A stretch of DNA of 64,000 bases from NCBI GenBank assembly GCA_035084275.1, contig CM068755.1, forward strand, positions 9,858,001-9,922,000, given 5' to 3'. Both the position numbers and the translations under genes were made by a program. The notes under the pieces are model-generated. The model worked only from the letters and a program-made list of their open reading frames with translations. It was not told where the DNA came from and made no database searches. This DNA comes from Hydrolagus colliei (taxonomy: Eukaryota). This document shows, piece by piece, positions 27,546 through 40,900 of this stretch (the first letter of the stretch is position 1; every line of letters begins with the position of its first letter).

Positions 27546-29096
27546 GTTGCTCAACACTCCAGCAGTCCAGTTAACAGGGATAAAAAGCAGGGGAGGGTGG
27601 GAGTAAAAAAAAATGACATGACCGTACTGTAAAACTACAGTACTTGACTTCTAAGTGTCACAGGTAATATCTGATAGCAGCTCTGCAGGGCGCGTAGCAT
27701 TGCCAGTTGGTATTTCAGTTGCTGTGGGGTGCTGTGTGAAGCAACAACAACAAAATTACAGTTATATAGCGCCTTTCAAGTCGGATGGACGACCCAAGGC
27801 CCTAAACAATCAGGTCGGGACCAGAGCAGATGGGGGAGGGATCGGGGTAGGGGGAAGGAGAGTAGGAGAATTGAGCACACTAAGAAAGCTTACGTGGCAG
27901 TTTCTACCCTGACAGAACATCATGTTTGATCATGTACACTAGGACAGGAGAAAATACCTTTTTTTTAGAAATGTAATTTTAATAGAATTAAATACACAAA
28001 AGAATTTCAATCTGTTTGGCTTCCTGCCCCCGAACAGTTGGACTTGCAGATGTTGAGTTTCGCTCCTCTGTGTCCTGTTGCTACAGTATTGTTGGTGTAG
28101 GTTTATCTTGGATTGCTGCCACACCGCAAATGGTGAGCGCTGGCAAAGCAACATGGGACCTCCTATGGAAACCTGTGAGGAATCCTGATCTGAGATTATT
28201 CTGATCGTAAAAACTCCACCAAAGTTTCATGAAAACACAGAGGTCTGCCGAGACAAGTTTGTCTTGTCGATGCTCATTTCTCTAAAACTGGAGATTGTGC
28301 TTGTTGCTCTCCTTTGCACTCCCTCTTAGGTGCTTGTATCACAATACTCTAGGTGTGGCCCGCCCAGAGCACTTCAGTTTGAGTAGGACTTGTGGGAATC
28401 GTAACTTAATTCATTTGGCAATATAGCCCAGCATGCTATTTGCCTTTTTCTATTGTTGCCTCCCACTGTTTAATATGGCAAGCAATAAGTCAACTTCAGC
28501 TTTCCCCCTCTGTAACTTCTGTCCCATCCATGGAGTAAATATGTCTGTCTCCCATTCTTCCTTCGTGTATGCAGTACCTAGCGTTTATCTGTTTTGAACG
28601 TCATTTGCTGTTAAGAGCATGAGTTGAAATCATAAATCATTGCATTATACTAAGAATAAACCACCCCACTTGTCATAGGCAAAATGCACAAGGCTGCTCT
28701 TTAAAAAAGCATCTTGGCAGCTGTCTGCTGCTTTTTCTCCTAATTAAACAGCTAGTGAGTAACTAATTCAAACATATGGGCATATTAAAGCACGACTGTA
28801 TAGTAATTAGTTGTTAGTGTCTATTTATTTAGCTAATGTCACCAGCCTAGGAAACTTCCTATCTGCTTTTAATCTATTGCTATTCTGATTAGGAAAAGTT
28901 TTAAATGAAAATCAAAATAGAATCCAGGTTTACCTGCTCAATTAAAGCAAACCTGTGGTATGAATGAAACCAAAGTTAAGCTTTTAGTACTATAAACATT
29001 CCCGCATTTAATACAGTCACGAGGACATCTTCAAAAGCTTCACAGGATTTTACCGTAATGGCTAATTGTGAGATATTGCTGGGAGCAAACAGTTTG

Positions 29097-29267
29097 CCTC
29101 TCTCTCTCCTCCTCTCTGCCACCTCTCTCTCCACCTCCCACTCCTCTCTCTTTCTCCCCACCCCTCTTTCCTTCTCTTTCTCCCCCCCACCCACTTCCCT
29201 CTCTCCCCTGCCCCCCCCCCCCCCTCCCCACCCTCTCTCTCTCTCTCTCTCTCTCTGCCTCTCTCTC
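29097..29267. repeat. Polypyrimidine (CT)n/C-run tract
   Basis: About 170 bp, almost entirely C and T on the + strand. Confidence 0.9.
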
Positions 29268-29427
29268 AAACCTAGAAGTGCACTACCGGCATCATTCAGA
29301 GCTAATTCTACTGTACTCTCCTGCGACAATCGACTCATTAAATGCGCCACAAACGGCAGCGCCATCTTCAGGCACTAGTAGCAGCATTCCGAAATACTGA
29401 TACGAGGGGAAAAAATGCGCCACCGCA

Positions 29428-29533
29428 ATTGTGCCAGATAAGATCCGGTTAATCGAATGGGGACTGTTTTTTTGAAGTGCCGGTCATACGGAAGTTACGG
29501 TTGATCAGGTCACAGATAAATGGGCTTTTACTG
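29428..29533 (-). mobile_element. Second, truncated member of the same Tigger-like family
   Basis: Reverse complement aligns to the first ~105 bp of the 24950 element including the TIR; TA at 29534-35. May extend left to about 29270. Confidence 0.8.
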
Positions 29534-29730
29534 TACTTGAATACATGTCCCATACATGTCTTAAGTAGCAAGCCTCCTTATGCAGTAATTATATTACAAT
29601 GTTGACACCAATTTACTCCCAAAACAAGAAGTATGAATGGGGACTCGAAATTACACTGTAACTCTGTTTCCCCACAAAATCTGGAAGAGTGGTTTTCAAA
29701 CCTGATGTGATTCATATCAATCCTGTGTGA

Positions 29731-30111
<381 letters not shown>

Positions 30112-31224
30112 TAAACGGTGGGGAGTGTAGAAAGCAGTATTCCGTGCACCTGATATATTTCCTAGAATGGCAAATCTTCTCAAAATGCTTTACAGTAATT
30201 GATGTTAAGTACTTTGGGATGACCTCCCGATGTGACTGGCACTATACAAATGTAATTTTGTTGTTGTTCTTAAATATAATGACTGTGTATTGTAGGCAAA
30301 CACAGCAATAAATTTGTGTATAGATTTTTTTTACTCCCACCTGCACGGTCAGGCAATCACACCAACATAGCAATTCTTTGTAAATCCTGTGATTCTCGGC
30401 ACTCCTACTCCTACAAAACCAACTTAATTCTTTAGCAAGGATGAAAGGAAAAGGCCAATTTAGCTTGTTAAATGTCTACAGAGGAACCCCTGCAGCACTG
30501 CACAAATGAGAAGACGCAATGACCGAAGACTATTTCACTCCAAATAAGTTAGTGAAATGAAAGGGGGAGAAAATTTTGAACTGTAATGACACTTGTGCCT
30601 GAATTATACACAGGGAATTGTTTGAGGATACAGGTATTGTGACCATTAATGGATGTATCACAGAGGAAGGTGTTTCTTTTATTTTGTTATTTATACAACT
30701 GACCTTTTATGCTAGGCATTTGAAACAATGGCGTCTTAAATGGTGTATTGAAACAACAGTACCTTAAGTCATGCAGTGCTAATTGTGAATGTGGTTTGCT
30801 CCCACGTAGCTTGCTCCCTTTGTGTGCTGTGGCTCTTTTCCCGGCTCGATGTATCCTTGCTTGACCTTACTTGAAGCTCCAGAGTACAAGGTGTGCAGTT
30901 GGGAATAACTCTCTGTTTTCATCAATGGCAGACAGGCATCACTAGTGCTATCAGAGGTGCTGCCTGCTATCACTTGTTTAGAGCTTTATCATGTTACAGA
31001 ATTGTAGCAGTGGCATCTGTGGATTTGGCAACTCTCCTTCAAATGGCTTGTGTAGTCCTTCTCCAAGAAAGTTGAAACTGGCCCTGATTACATCTCTAGA
31101 GTATTGATCAGAGATATTCCTATTCTGGCTGTGTCCTGCTCATGTGCACAAGGCATTTACAAAGGAAAATAAAATCTGTGCTCCATTTCATTAGCTGTGC
31201 ACCATTTCTTAATGATGGAGATAA

Positions 31225-31672
31225 TAACAACAAAATCACACTTGTATAGCGCATTTCATGTCAAGAGGACGTCCCAAGGCGCTGGACAGTCATTGTTTCA
31301 GACCCGATTCAGGTGACGGGGAGAATGGAGAGAAAGGGGGGTATTTGGGGTGATCCACAGGACCGTCGAAGAGGAGGGTCTTGAGGCGGGACTTCAAGAA
31401 GGCTAGGGAGGGGGTGAGACAAAGGGATTGCCGGATGGAATTCCACAGGTTAGGGGCAGAGTGGCTGAAGGCTCGCCTGCCAATGGTGGGGCGGGGGTTA
31501 TGGAGCAGGCTGGAGCCTGCTGAGCGGAGTGGGCAAGCAGGTTGGTTGGGGGTTAGGAGGTTGCAGAGGTACGGTGGGGTGAGGCCATGGGGGGCTTTGA
31601 ATGTGAGTACCAGTTTCTTGAATTGAATCCTCTAGGTGATGGGGAGCCAATGGAGTCGGGCGAGGATGGGTC
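31225..31672 (-). mobile_element. L2 LINE 3' fragment (ORF2 C-terminus, 3'UTR, (TTG)n tail)
   Basis: Minus strand translates PILARLHWLPIT*RIQFKKLVLTFKAPHGLTPPYL...RAFSHSAPNLWNSI...LKSRLKTLLF, classic L2 motifs with an in-frame stop. Confidence 0.9.
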
Positions 31673-31696
31673 ATGAAGCTTGGAGTGGTAGAGGAT

Positions 31697-31820
31697 GATA
31701 ATAATAAATATATCATAATAATCCTTGCATTTTATGTAGCACTGTATCACCTCGTTGAGACGTCTCAAAGCACTTCACAGGGTATACAGTAAAATTGACC
31801 ATATTTGTGGGTGAATCAAC
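31697..31820 (-). mobile_element. SINE 3' tail fragment abutting the L2 fragment
   Basis: ATAATAATCCTTGCATTTT...GAGACGTCTCAAAGCACTTCACAGG. Confidence 0.75.
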
Positions 31821-34244
31821 ACATGACCCAACCCACCTTCTAGTGACATCTGATTGAATTCTATGTGACTTTGTAACATGCCCTGCCTGGAGTGCTACCT
31901 GCCTCTGTTTGAAAACATGATTACCACAAGCTCTACGCTTGGCAGTTCCTGCACATGTTGGGGTGACAAGCGTCCAAAGCAGGCTAGAGGCGGCACAACT
32001 CACAGCTCCAAACGTACCAGCGGCCTGGCTCATTGGCAGAACTGGAAGGGTCAGACTGGGAGCTGGTATTCTTCCCAATCAGCTCCCGCTAGCCCTGCAA
32101 GCCAAATCCATAAGCAGTAAGTTTGTCTTAGCTGGGCAAGCAGTAGAAAAATTGCCAGACAGTACTCTCAATAGCAAATTTTGTGTTTTTACCTGTTCAA
32201 ATTCCAGCAGTGCCTCAATGTACACTCTGGGGTGTCCAAGTCTTGGCTCTTGCCACCGGATGTCTGGTACTCTCTACACTCACAGCTCACTAGCCAAAAA
32301 TGAGCCATCTCTGTTTGTTCTAATCTCACTTTGACTTCTGCTCCACAGCTGCATTCCTGGTATTTGGAGGAATACAGTGGCTGAGTAAGTGGTTCTGAAG
32401 CATGAAATATTTATTATTGTAGAAGCATTGTCAGTGACTGATACGTTCTCTGAGAAAACGCATCGCTATTGCTCAGAAGCTGTATGTACAAATGCCGATT
32501 GCTGATGCAGCTTTATCTGCATCCGATTCAAAACTGTGTTGCCCAGATTACTAGAGAAGGAATTTCAGGTGTTTACAGAGTTGGCGTTTACAAAGCTGCC
32601 TTTCATAAGGACAGCTCAGAAAGTGAAGCAACATATAAACCAAGTCTACTAAATCTTTAATGAGGGAATTTTGCTATTGCACACTCTTGGTCCACTCCAG
32701 TCGTTCTGCGATCTTATCCAATGAATGGCTAAGCTGTACATACTTGGAAAGCCCGGGTCCGTGCTATATTAGCTGGTCCCAGCTAGCTGAGTCGGTCATA
32801 CATGCATTATAAGGTGGCTTCGCGGGCGCTCGGTTAAAGAAGGGACATCATCCAGACCTCCAACTCCGGATGGTAACAAAACAAGCCCAGTTTGAGATGC
32901 ATGCATGTGCAAACCACTTTTTACATACGTGCAGAAAGGAAATGAGATGCAGCAATTTTTCAGATTACTGCAGGCAGAGGAAGCACTGGACACATGGCGA
33001 CTTGCACCACCGACTGCATCTTTCTTTATTTGGTAACCTGTTTCTGCCATTGATATAAAGGGACTGAATGCGGAAGGGATGAAAATCATCTTACTATTTA
33101 CCAAGACTTCACTTAAAAGGTAAATCAATTCCCTTGCTGTTCTCATGATTTAAACAAAAAGGCTTGAAGATAAATTATTATTATAATGATAAAATAACCC
33201 ATTCTTGTGATATAGCGTCTATCATGCTGGGAGGACGTCTTGAAATGCTTAATAATGATAATAATAAGCTTTACAGGAAAGTGAGGTGATTGTGTAATTT
33301 GTAGGTACAGGTTGTACAATATCTTTGTCAAATAAAAGTAAATCATGCTGAAAGTAGTAAGAATCGCGTCAAGAATTCTCCAAAGAAACAGTGGCTTCAC
33401 ATCAGCCATGGTGCAACTGTCCTACAATCCCTTTACTCTAGTTGCTGGAGAGATCTAAAGAGATTTGCCTGGCAGTTTGCCAAGCTGCATCAAAAAAGGG
33501 TGGCAGATCTGGGCTTGTGTTACCAACAGATTGCCAAACAACCCTGCTAACTGTGCCTAGCCAACTGTGGGCATATTGATGCAAGGATGTAATGCGTTAA
33601 AGCCAATCTGCTCCGAACCAAATACACTGATCCCTCAGATGACGCTCTGCGTACCTTCTGTGTACCACAAAGGTGTGGGTGGAGGAGCTGAAGGGGATCC
33701 CTGCTAGCCCCCTAAGGCTAATAGTCATCCTTTCATGTTTTCCAGTTCAAGACATTCTAAAGGTTTTGGAGCATAAATAGTGGAACAGAACTGCCAGATA
33801 GTAAAAGGAACACTATGTTGCTTTCGGGATTGTGTATGCTTTTATTTATTGTGTTTAGATTATATATTATGTTTGTCACTCAATCTTTCAATTGAAAAAT
33901 CTTCTAGCAACGTGTTGTGTTTTACTCTTCCAGATGTAGATTCAATGTCAAGCAACAACACAACACAAATGGGAACAAGGATTGCAGGAGGACAGAATGG
34001 ACCTGAATCAGTAGAACCATCATTTGCCTCGAGCAACGTACTGGACCCGTTAGCCCAGGGCTGGCCAATCCCTCTTAGAACAAATCTTTGAAGACTGGTT
34101 TTCTCCATGAAGCCAAAGCAGTAGTTTCGAGCCACTTCTTTGGGTTGTTGCATAAACTGCTTTGACTTGGCTAAGGCTTCCCGTTCTGCAGGGTCTTGAG
34201 TGCAGCGGGTGTGTCAGAGCGAGCACTGAGCTCACTCAGTCCGA

Positions 34245-34463
34245 AAACAAAACACAAAATACTACAGATGCTGGGAATCTGAAACAAAAACAAAAGTTGC
34301 TGGGGAAACTCAGCAGGTCAGGCAGCATCCATGGAGAAAGGAAAAAGAGTCAACAAAGAGTCTGACGAAGGGTTGTAGACCCGAAACGTTGACTCTTTTT
34401 CCTTTCTCAATGGATGCTGCCTGACCTGCTGAGTTTCTCCAGCAACTTTTGTTTTTGTTTCAT
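34245..34463 (+). mobile_element. Non-autonomous Penelope-like pseudo-LTR inverted-repeat element with hammerhead motif
   Basis: 75-bp inverted arms 34280-34354 and 34388-34462 (73/75 complementary); flanking direct repeat TCAGTCCGA at 34236-34244 and 34464-34472. Confidence 0.8.
34355..34398 (+). ncRNA. Minimal type I hammerhead ribozyme motif (PLE type)
   Basis: CUGACGA (34362-68), extra A, stem II GGGU/ACCC, GAAA (34383-86), palindromic ACGU stem III, GUU cleavage triplet ending 34390. Stem I AAAGAGU/ACUCUUU needs a one-base bulge. Confidence 0.65.
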
Positions 34464-35194
34464 TCAGTCCGAGCTCACTATTGCACAGTAAGTGTCTTCT
34501 TCTGCTGCCTCTTGGGGAGTGGTGTGGGGGCAGGTTGGGCTTCCGGTGGTAGATGGATCTCTGTGTCATCTTCTCCAGGGTTGGCTCTGCTGGCCACTCT
34601 TACCACATGTACAAGAGTTCTCTTGCCCCACCCAACTCAAGTGATTAATCACACTCTATTTCCAGGGAGCTAATGAGATGCAAAAAGGAAAGCTTCATAA
34701 AGTATGTACAATTGATTAGATTCAACTACACACAAAGACCACAAACCTTTTTTTTTACAGCTTTGTTTTTTAAAATTAATTTTTAAATAACCCTGCAGCA
34801 AACTGTGTATTTTTTGCATCTCTGTGGCCGCTAACAATTATATATGAATAAATATCGCAGTTATTTAAACATGTTCTGACTATTGTGCTTTTTTTTGACA
34901 TTTGCGGCCAGCCATCACCGTGAGAAGCAAAGTCTCTCTCACTCTCTACACATAATGGGTCCCTAATTGCTTTGCCTCATTAGACTATGTTCCTCCTGAT
35001 TCTCTGGCTACTTCTTTGCTCTGGGTTATCAACCTTCTGCAGAACCCCATCATTTGTGATTTTTCCAAATAAAATAGGTTGGTGCGGGGGGAATCGAACG
35101 ATAACGTGACCTTAAGTTCAGCTGATCTTGTTGGTAACAATTCTCCAGTTATTCGCAGTTTGTGCAGTGTTCTGTCCTCGTGCTGTGAATATAT

Positions 35195-35312
35195 TAATAA
35201 TAATAACCCTTGCATTTGATATAGCGCCTTGTCACATCTTCGAGACATCTCAAAATGCTTCACAGAATATACTGTAAAGTGAATTGACTGTATATTTTGT
35301 GGGTGAAACGGC
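35195..35312 (-). mobile_element. SINE 3' tail fragment
   Basis: CCTTGCATTTGATATAGCGCCTTGTCACATCTTCGAGACATCTCAAAATGCTTCACAGAATATACTGTAAAGTGAATTGAC. Confidence 0.8.
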
Positions 35313-35515
35313 TTTGAAGATAAATGGCTATATCAAATCAGTTACGCATGCGTGCTTTTCCACTTCTAAAGTGTTATGAGTATTTTTTGAAAACATCCCT
35401 TGCTTCTGGGATTTCTATTATGATATGACGGTCTCTTTGGAGATTAGTGCGGGTTTTGTAAATCCTGTAAGATGACAAGCTTGTCTCAGATGGAGCAATG
35501 TGTTCTTTCTTGCAG

Positions 35516-35914
35516 CTGTAAAGTTTGGTCGAATGTCTAAGAAGCAGAGGGACAGTCTCTATGCAGAAGTACAAAAGCATCGCATGCAACAGCAACAGCG
35601 GGATCACCAGCAACAACCTGGCGAGGCGGAACCACTGACACCAACATACAATGGTATCACCAACGGGCTGACAGAACTGAACAATGACCTTAGCAATCTG
35701 TACATGGATGGGCACACACCGGATGTGGGCAAAGCAGACTCAGGAATGAACAACTTCTATTTGGACATTCAGCCATCGCCAGACCAATCTGGCCTAGATA
35801 TCAATGGTATTAAACAGGAACCCATATGTGAATACACGGCTGTGCCAGATTTCTTTCCTTATTGCTCCTTTACAAACGGTGAAACATCTCCGACTGTTTC
35901 CATGGCAGAACTCG
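35516..35914 (+). CDS. RORA: RORA exon 4, C-terminal extension and hinge
   Basis: [43 protein letters not shown]...[11 protein letters not shown]; the hinge identifies RORA rather than RORB/RORC. ttgcag| and |gtaagt; 399 nt. Confidence 0.98.
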
Positions 35915-37603
35915 GTAAGTTGCTCTTCTGGTGTACAGGAATGTATTCATAGCACTGAGAAAGATGCACTACAACAAATAGACAATGCAGTGAGTTGGTT
36001 TTGAAAAATGCACATGTCCCAGATCTGGATCAGGACCAGAGCTTAATGATTTGTGCCATTGTATATTTTGCCGAAAACTGAACCATTAATTGTACTTCCT
36101 CATGCCATCGCAGGTGGAGACTCCTGACTCTTCAAATGAACTAGATCAAAAAATAATATTGAATAGTTGGACCTGGAAGAGACTTTAGAAACCTCCCTCT
36201 TCTCCCCCCCACCCCCTCCCCAGAAAAGACATAACCATACACAAACCGACTCCCAGAATCTATTTTGAGTGCATCTCATTGACCGGTTTATCAGGGATTT
36301 AACCAGACAACCTGAATGAAAAATAAATCATAAAATGTCTTTTATTTTAATCATCTCAGTTGCAGCTGCCATCTGCTGGCAGCCTCCTCCCCTTCCCTTC
36401 CCTCGCCCGAACAGACTGTTGACCCGCTGCTGTACGAGCAAAAGGTTAGCAAAAAGCAGCAAATAGCCCTGCTATGAAATTTGGTGCCCTTTGGTTAAAC
36501 AAACAGCAGACCTTTGTAAATAAGATTCTTGTCCAAATGTGGACTGAGATTTCGGCTTTGTGTTCTCTTCACGAGCGATTTTTTAAAAAAATAGACTTTT
36601 TGATGGTGTTTTTGAATCTTGGTTTGGCATTTTATAGCAATAATCTTTGCGTTTGAAACGGCACTTTATCGCATCATTGAGACATCTCAAAGTGTTTCAC
36701 TCAGTATACTTAAGTGATTGACTTCACAATGTGTTGGTAATTTTGTCACTTTAAAAAAAAAAGCTACCTTTTGTAGTGGTGTATTAGGTGGATTGCTTCA
36801 AATTTGTTTCTGGCCCTTTATATTTTTATGTTTTTATCACAATCCAGATATGGGCATTACCTTCTTTCACACTCACCAAGATTTGCACAACACAAACAAG
36901 ATATCCTCACAAAAAAAGGCTCTTGCTCTATCTGGCCCTTCACTGTTCCCAAGTCAATTCTGACCTCTCCTAAATACCCATACTGTACACAGGGGCCCTT
37001 TGGGTGGTATGATGATCAGTTAGGAGAAATTTTGAGAGCTTCTTTGTCATTTATAATAATAATAACCCTTACAATTGATATAGCACTTTTCACATCTTCT
37101 GTTTATAATCAGTTGTCAAATTAAACGAAGTGAATTCAACAAGAAAATCCATCTAATGATGGCCATTTGTAGTTTTCAGTTCAGGGTCACTGCCCAGATA
37201 ACTCATGTTTATGACTAAGTTGAGCATTCCCAATAGAAAATTCTCTACGGTGTTATTTGAATATAAATTCTGATTTTACAGCTTGTTTAAAGCATTACTG
37301 AGCCCTCCTCCTGGTGCTAAGCACTTTTGATTACACTCTTTCTGTGCCAAGTTTTTTTTTGCTGCTTTCTATTTAAATGTCATGGACTGTTGAAATTATT
37401 TTGAAGACTCATAAGACAAACTAGTTTTGTCTTTCACCCTCCCCCTCTTTCTCTTCCCTTCTCTTTCTCTCCTTCTATCACATGGACTCGCAAGAGGATT
37501 AAGGACACTTGTTTACCACTATTAAATTGTCCATCCCTTTGTGTCTTGACTTTTGTTGTGACTTTATCTATTTGCTCTTAATTACTGAGTATTTGTCCTC
37601 TAG

Positions 37604-37725
37604 AACACCTTGCACAGAATATTTCGAAGTCGCACATCGAGACATGTCAATACTTGCGGGAAGAACTACAGCAGATAACATGGCAAACCTACGTTCAAGA
37701 AGAAATTGAAATCTACCAAAATAAG
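37604..37725 (+). CDS. RORA: RORA exon 5, start of ligand-binding domain
   Basis: [41 protein letters not shown]; ctctag| and |gtagtg; 122 nt. Confidence 0.97.
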
Positions 37726-37840
37726 GTAGTGGGTTGGGGGAAGAAATGTATTTTTTGTTCAAAATCTAAATGTGTTTCATTAACAAAACATTATTTTCTG
37801 AATCAAATCTCCAACTTAACATCATAATCCTCTTGTACAG

Positions 37841-37973
37841 CCCAGGGAGGTGATGTGGCAGTTGTGTGCAATCAAAATAACAGAAGCAATTCAGTATGTG
37901 GTTGAGTTTGCCAAGCGCATTGACGGATTCATGGAACTGTGTCAAAATGATCAGATTGTACTTCTGAAAGCAG
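37841..37973 (+). CDS. RORA: RORA exon 6, LBD
   Basis: [44 protein letters not shown]; gtacag| and |gtatca; 133 nt, after a 115-nt intron. Confidence 0.98.
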
Positions 37974-40900
37974 GTATCAAATCCTTTCCAGTTACTTTTG
38001 TGTTTCTTAGAAAGCCGCTGCATATAGTGCGCAGGGCCAACCATTGCAAGAGGCTTTTTTTTGATCTGGAATGTTAATATTTGAAACACATGGCATGCAA
38101 ATGGAAACAGAATAACTACTGGGAATTTTGAAAAGTGAACTGTGGGTAGCATATCAGCAGCATTGTTAATTTACGTGCAGGATCCTGAACACACATGGTA
38201 GGCATTGCGCGGGATATTGTTGACAGCCAGTACTTTGTGTTTCTAAACCCACTCCACATTGGAATTAGCGAATCCAGTCTGATCCCGTTTCATCACCTCC
38301 TGTAAAGCTTTCCAAATGCTGCACCACATGACCGCTGTGAAGCTCCAAGCGATAAGTGAACGTACTCGTGTATACTGCAAAGCCAACAGCTGTGGCATTA
38401 GATACCCAAACACTTGCTAGTGAGTAAATCATGGCCCTTGCATTTTTGCAATGGGCGATTTCTACGTCAAATGTTTTTTTTTAACCTAGTTTCGTATTTT
38501 CCTCCTTTTTAAAAAAAACAAAAAGTCTGTCTGTGGCCAAACGACATGCTTCCAGGCACTTGTCAGTTGCCATGTACAGATTGATGTGTCCATTGCTTGT
38601 TTTTTATTTCTATTCCCAGTTTCCATTCTTGTGATTTCTCTCTAACAGCCCAGGTCAGAAGCTTGACTCGTGGGGAATCGCAGGCACGTACCCATGTCAT
38701 GCTCCTCTATGGCCCAGCACATTTGTACAACAACCCACTGCAGCACAGGTCTTTAGCAGAATTCTGTCACCATCCATTCTGACATTTAAACAGAAAGCCC
38801 CAAAATCTGTACAAGTAGCACATTCCCATCCAGTTGATTTCTGCTGCAGACAGCAACAGGACTGAATGTTCTGCAGCTTTGGTTGAGGCTATCAGGATTA
38901 TTGGTAGGAAGGAACATTGGCAACTATGATTAGAAATAAGCCAATGAGGTATTTTTTCTGATTGTACAAGGTGTACAATTTTAAAATTATTATGCTACTA
39001 GATTAATGGATAAATCGTAAGGTCTTGCAAATTATCCACAAGTTGTGGCTGACCGTAAGAATTGCGCAGGACATGAAAAAGACCCATTGGTTTGATCTGT
39101 GATATAGACTCTTTACACCGGCTATTTTAATGGGAATCTATTTGATTCATCGCATGATAATTCACTCATACGTTAACTGCCCCAAGTGGAGAATCAGAAG
39201 TCATTGATCCTATCATTAAATTTAGTTCCTGGCTCCATCAGCTTTAAATTGTGCCTCTTAGTCGTTTCTTTTTGACAATAACACATAATTCTTGTTTAAT
39301 CCGTCCCTTCATCACGACCCTTCATTATTTACAAACGTAGCAATTACCTTCAGAAGGATTAGCCTCACGAGAGTATATTATGTCTCTGGCTCAGTGAAAT
39401 AAAACCCTAGTGCCACCTTCACCATTTTTCCTGTCCCTAACACTATTTAATTTTGATGGCACTGATTTATGTGCCTCCCTCATTGACTTGGGTTTATATT
39501 CTATGGATCTATATACCCAGATATTGCATTTTCTGAAGTCACCCCCTACCTTTGACTGCAAGATGATTTAGTTTACAAAGTTGAGATTGCACAGAATTAT
39601 GGAAAATTATTAAACTCAGCCTTAATGTACATCTGGTCATTTTTAATAATAGCAGAAAAAAAGGTTCCTAATTTAGACTACATTTGAGAATTGTTGACAA
39701 TTCAGTGCAATCCTACATTTTAAGACAAATGGCCTTTTTTCATTTTGAACTACATCGATAAATTCAGTAATTTTTAAAAAGATATGTTGTGGTAGCCCTG
39801 CTGAGTTAGCTACATACTTAAACTGACCGCAGAAGTCATAATCTTTCCTGTTCGCCTGCCATTTACCATCCCTTTGAGATCCTACAGTTACTCAGAGAAA
39901 TTGTAAGTGTCTGAAATGATTTAATAGACATGCAAACATAGTCCTACAATTGCCAGTTTTGACTCACAGGATTCTCCCCCAACAGAGCTGTGTACATGTT
40001 CAGCTTCACTATTAGTTAGTGATGACAGACAGGTTCAAAAATCCGCTCAAGTAATATTAGCTGTTCATTAAATTAGATTACCTCTAGCCTGTGGTTATTG
40101 GATGGGGTCTCTTCAAAAATGGATGTACGGCTCCTTATATCCCTTCCATGGAAGGAATACTATGGCTTCTGTGACTGCAGTTTGTTGAGGCGAGCAGAAT
40201 TGTCTGACCCCCAAATAGTCCTGTATAGACAGATCTTCAGCAGCTCAGACCTGCAACAATTGCAATTCCTGGCACAATATTTTAGTGACTACATTATTTA
40301 ATGACTCACCATTGCTTTCATTGTCTGAGTTCATTTAATGGAGAATTAAGATGATTATTAAAGGCAGCGAGCGGGTGGGTGGCCTTAGATTAGATGTATA
40401 ATAGGAGGCTCAGCGTGTGGCAGTGCCAATTGTGGTAGCATATGATGCTCTCCTCGTTGCTACCTCCTGTTATTACAGAAGAATCAAAAATGGTAGTTGC
40501 ATCAATGAGAATCTGATCATCCACATGGCAACTTGCAGAATCCCTGGAGCAGCAGAAACGTATGATTTGCTGCGAGCTTGGGTTTAAGCATGATGCATGT
40601 GGGAAGTGGGTGGCGGGGGGTTGTTTGTAGAACTGAGCATCAATTCTGTCACATAATCAACTCCACCTTAAGTTTAATCTGTTCAGTTTATAGGAAGAAT
40701 TTAAGGAAGAGAAGTTCCCATAGTTTTCTTTCAGTCTATTGTCATCCAGTCTTGTATGCTGTCAGACTAATTCATCCAGTGCTATCAATAAGCACCCATT
40801 CATTCATTTCAGCGAGTTAACGACTCAACAAACAATAGTCTGTGAAGAAAAGGAATACTAAAATAATTCAGAATTCATTTTCATATATGTATTTTCCGTT

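Noticed and set aside
28976-29400. Several 100+ aa ORFs
   Set aside because: Produced by the stop-poor CT-rich low-complexity tract.
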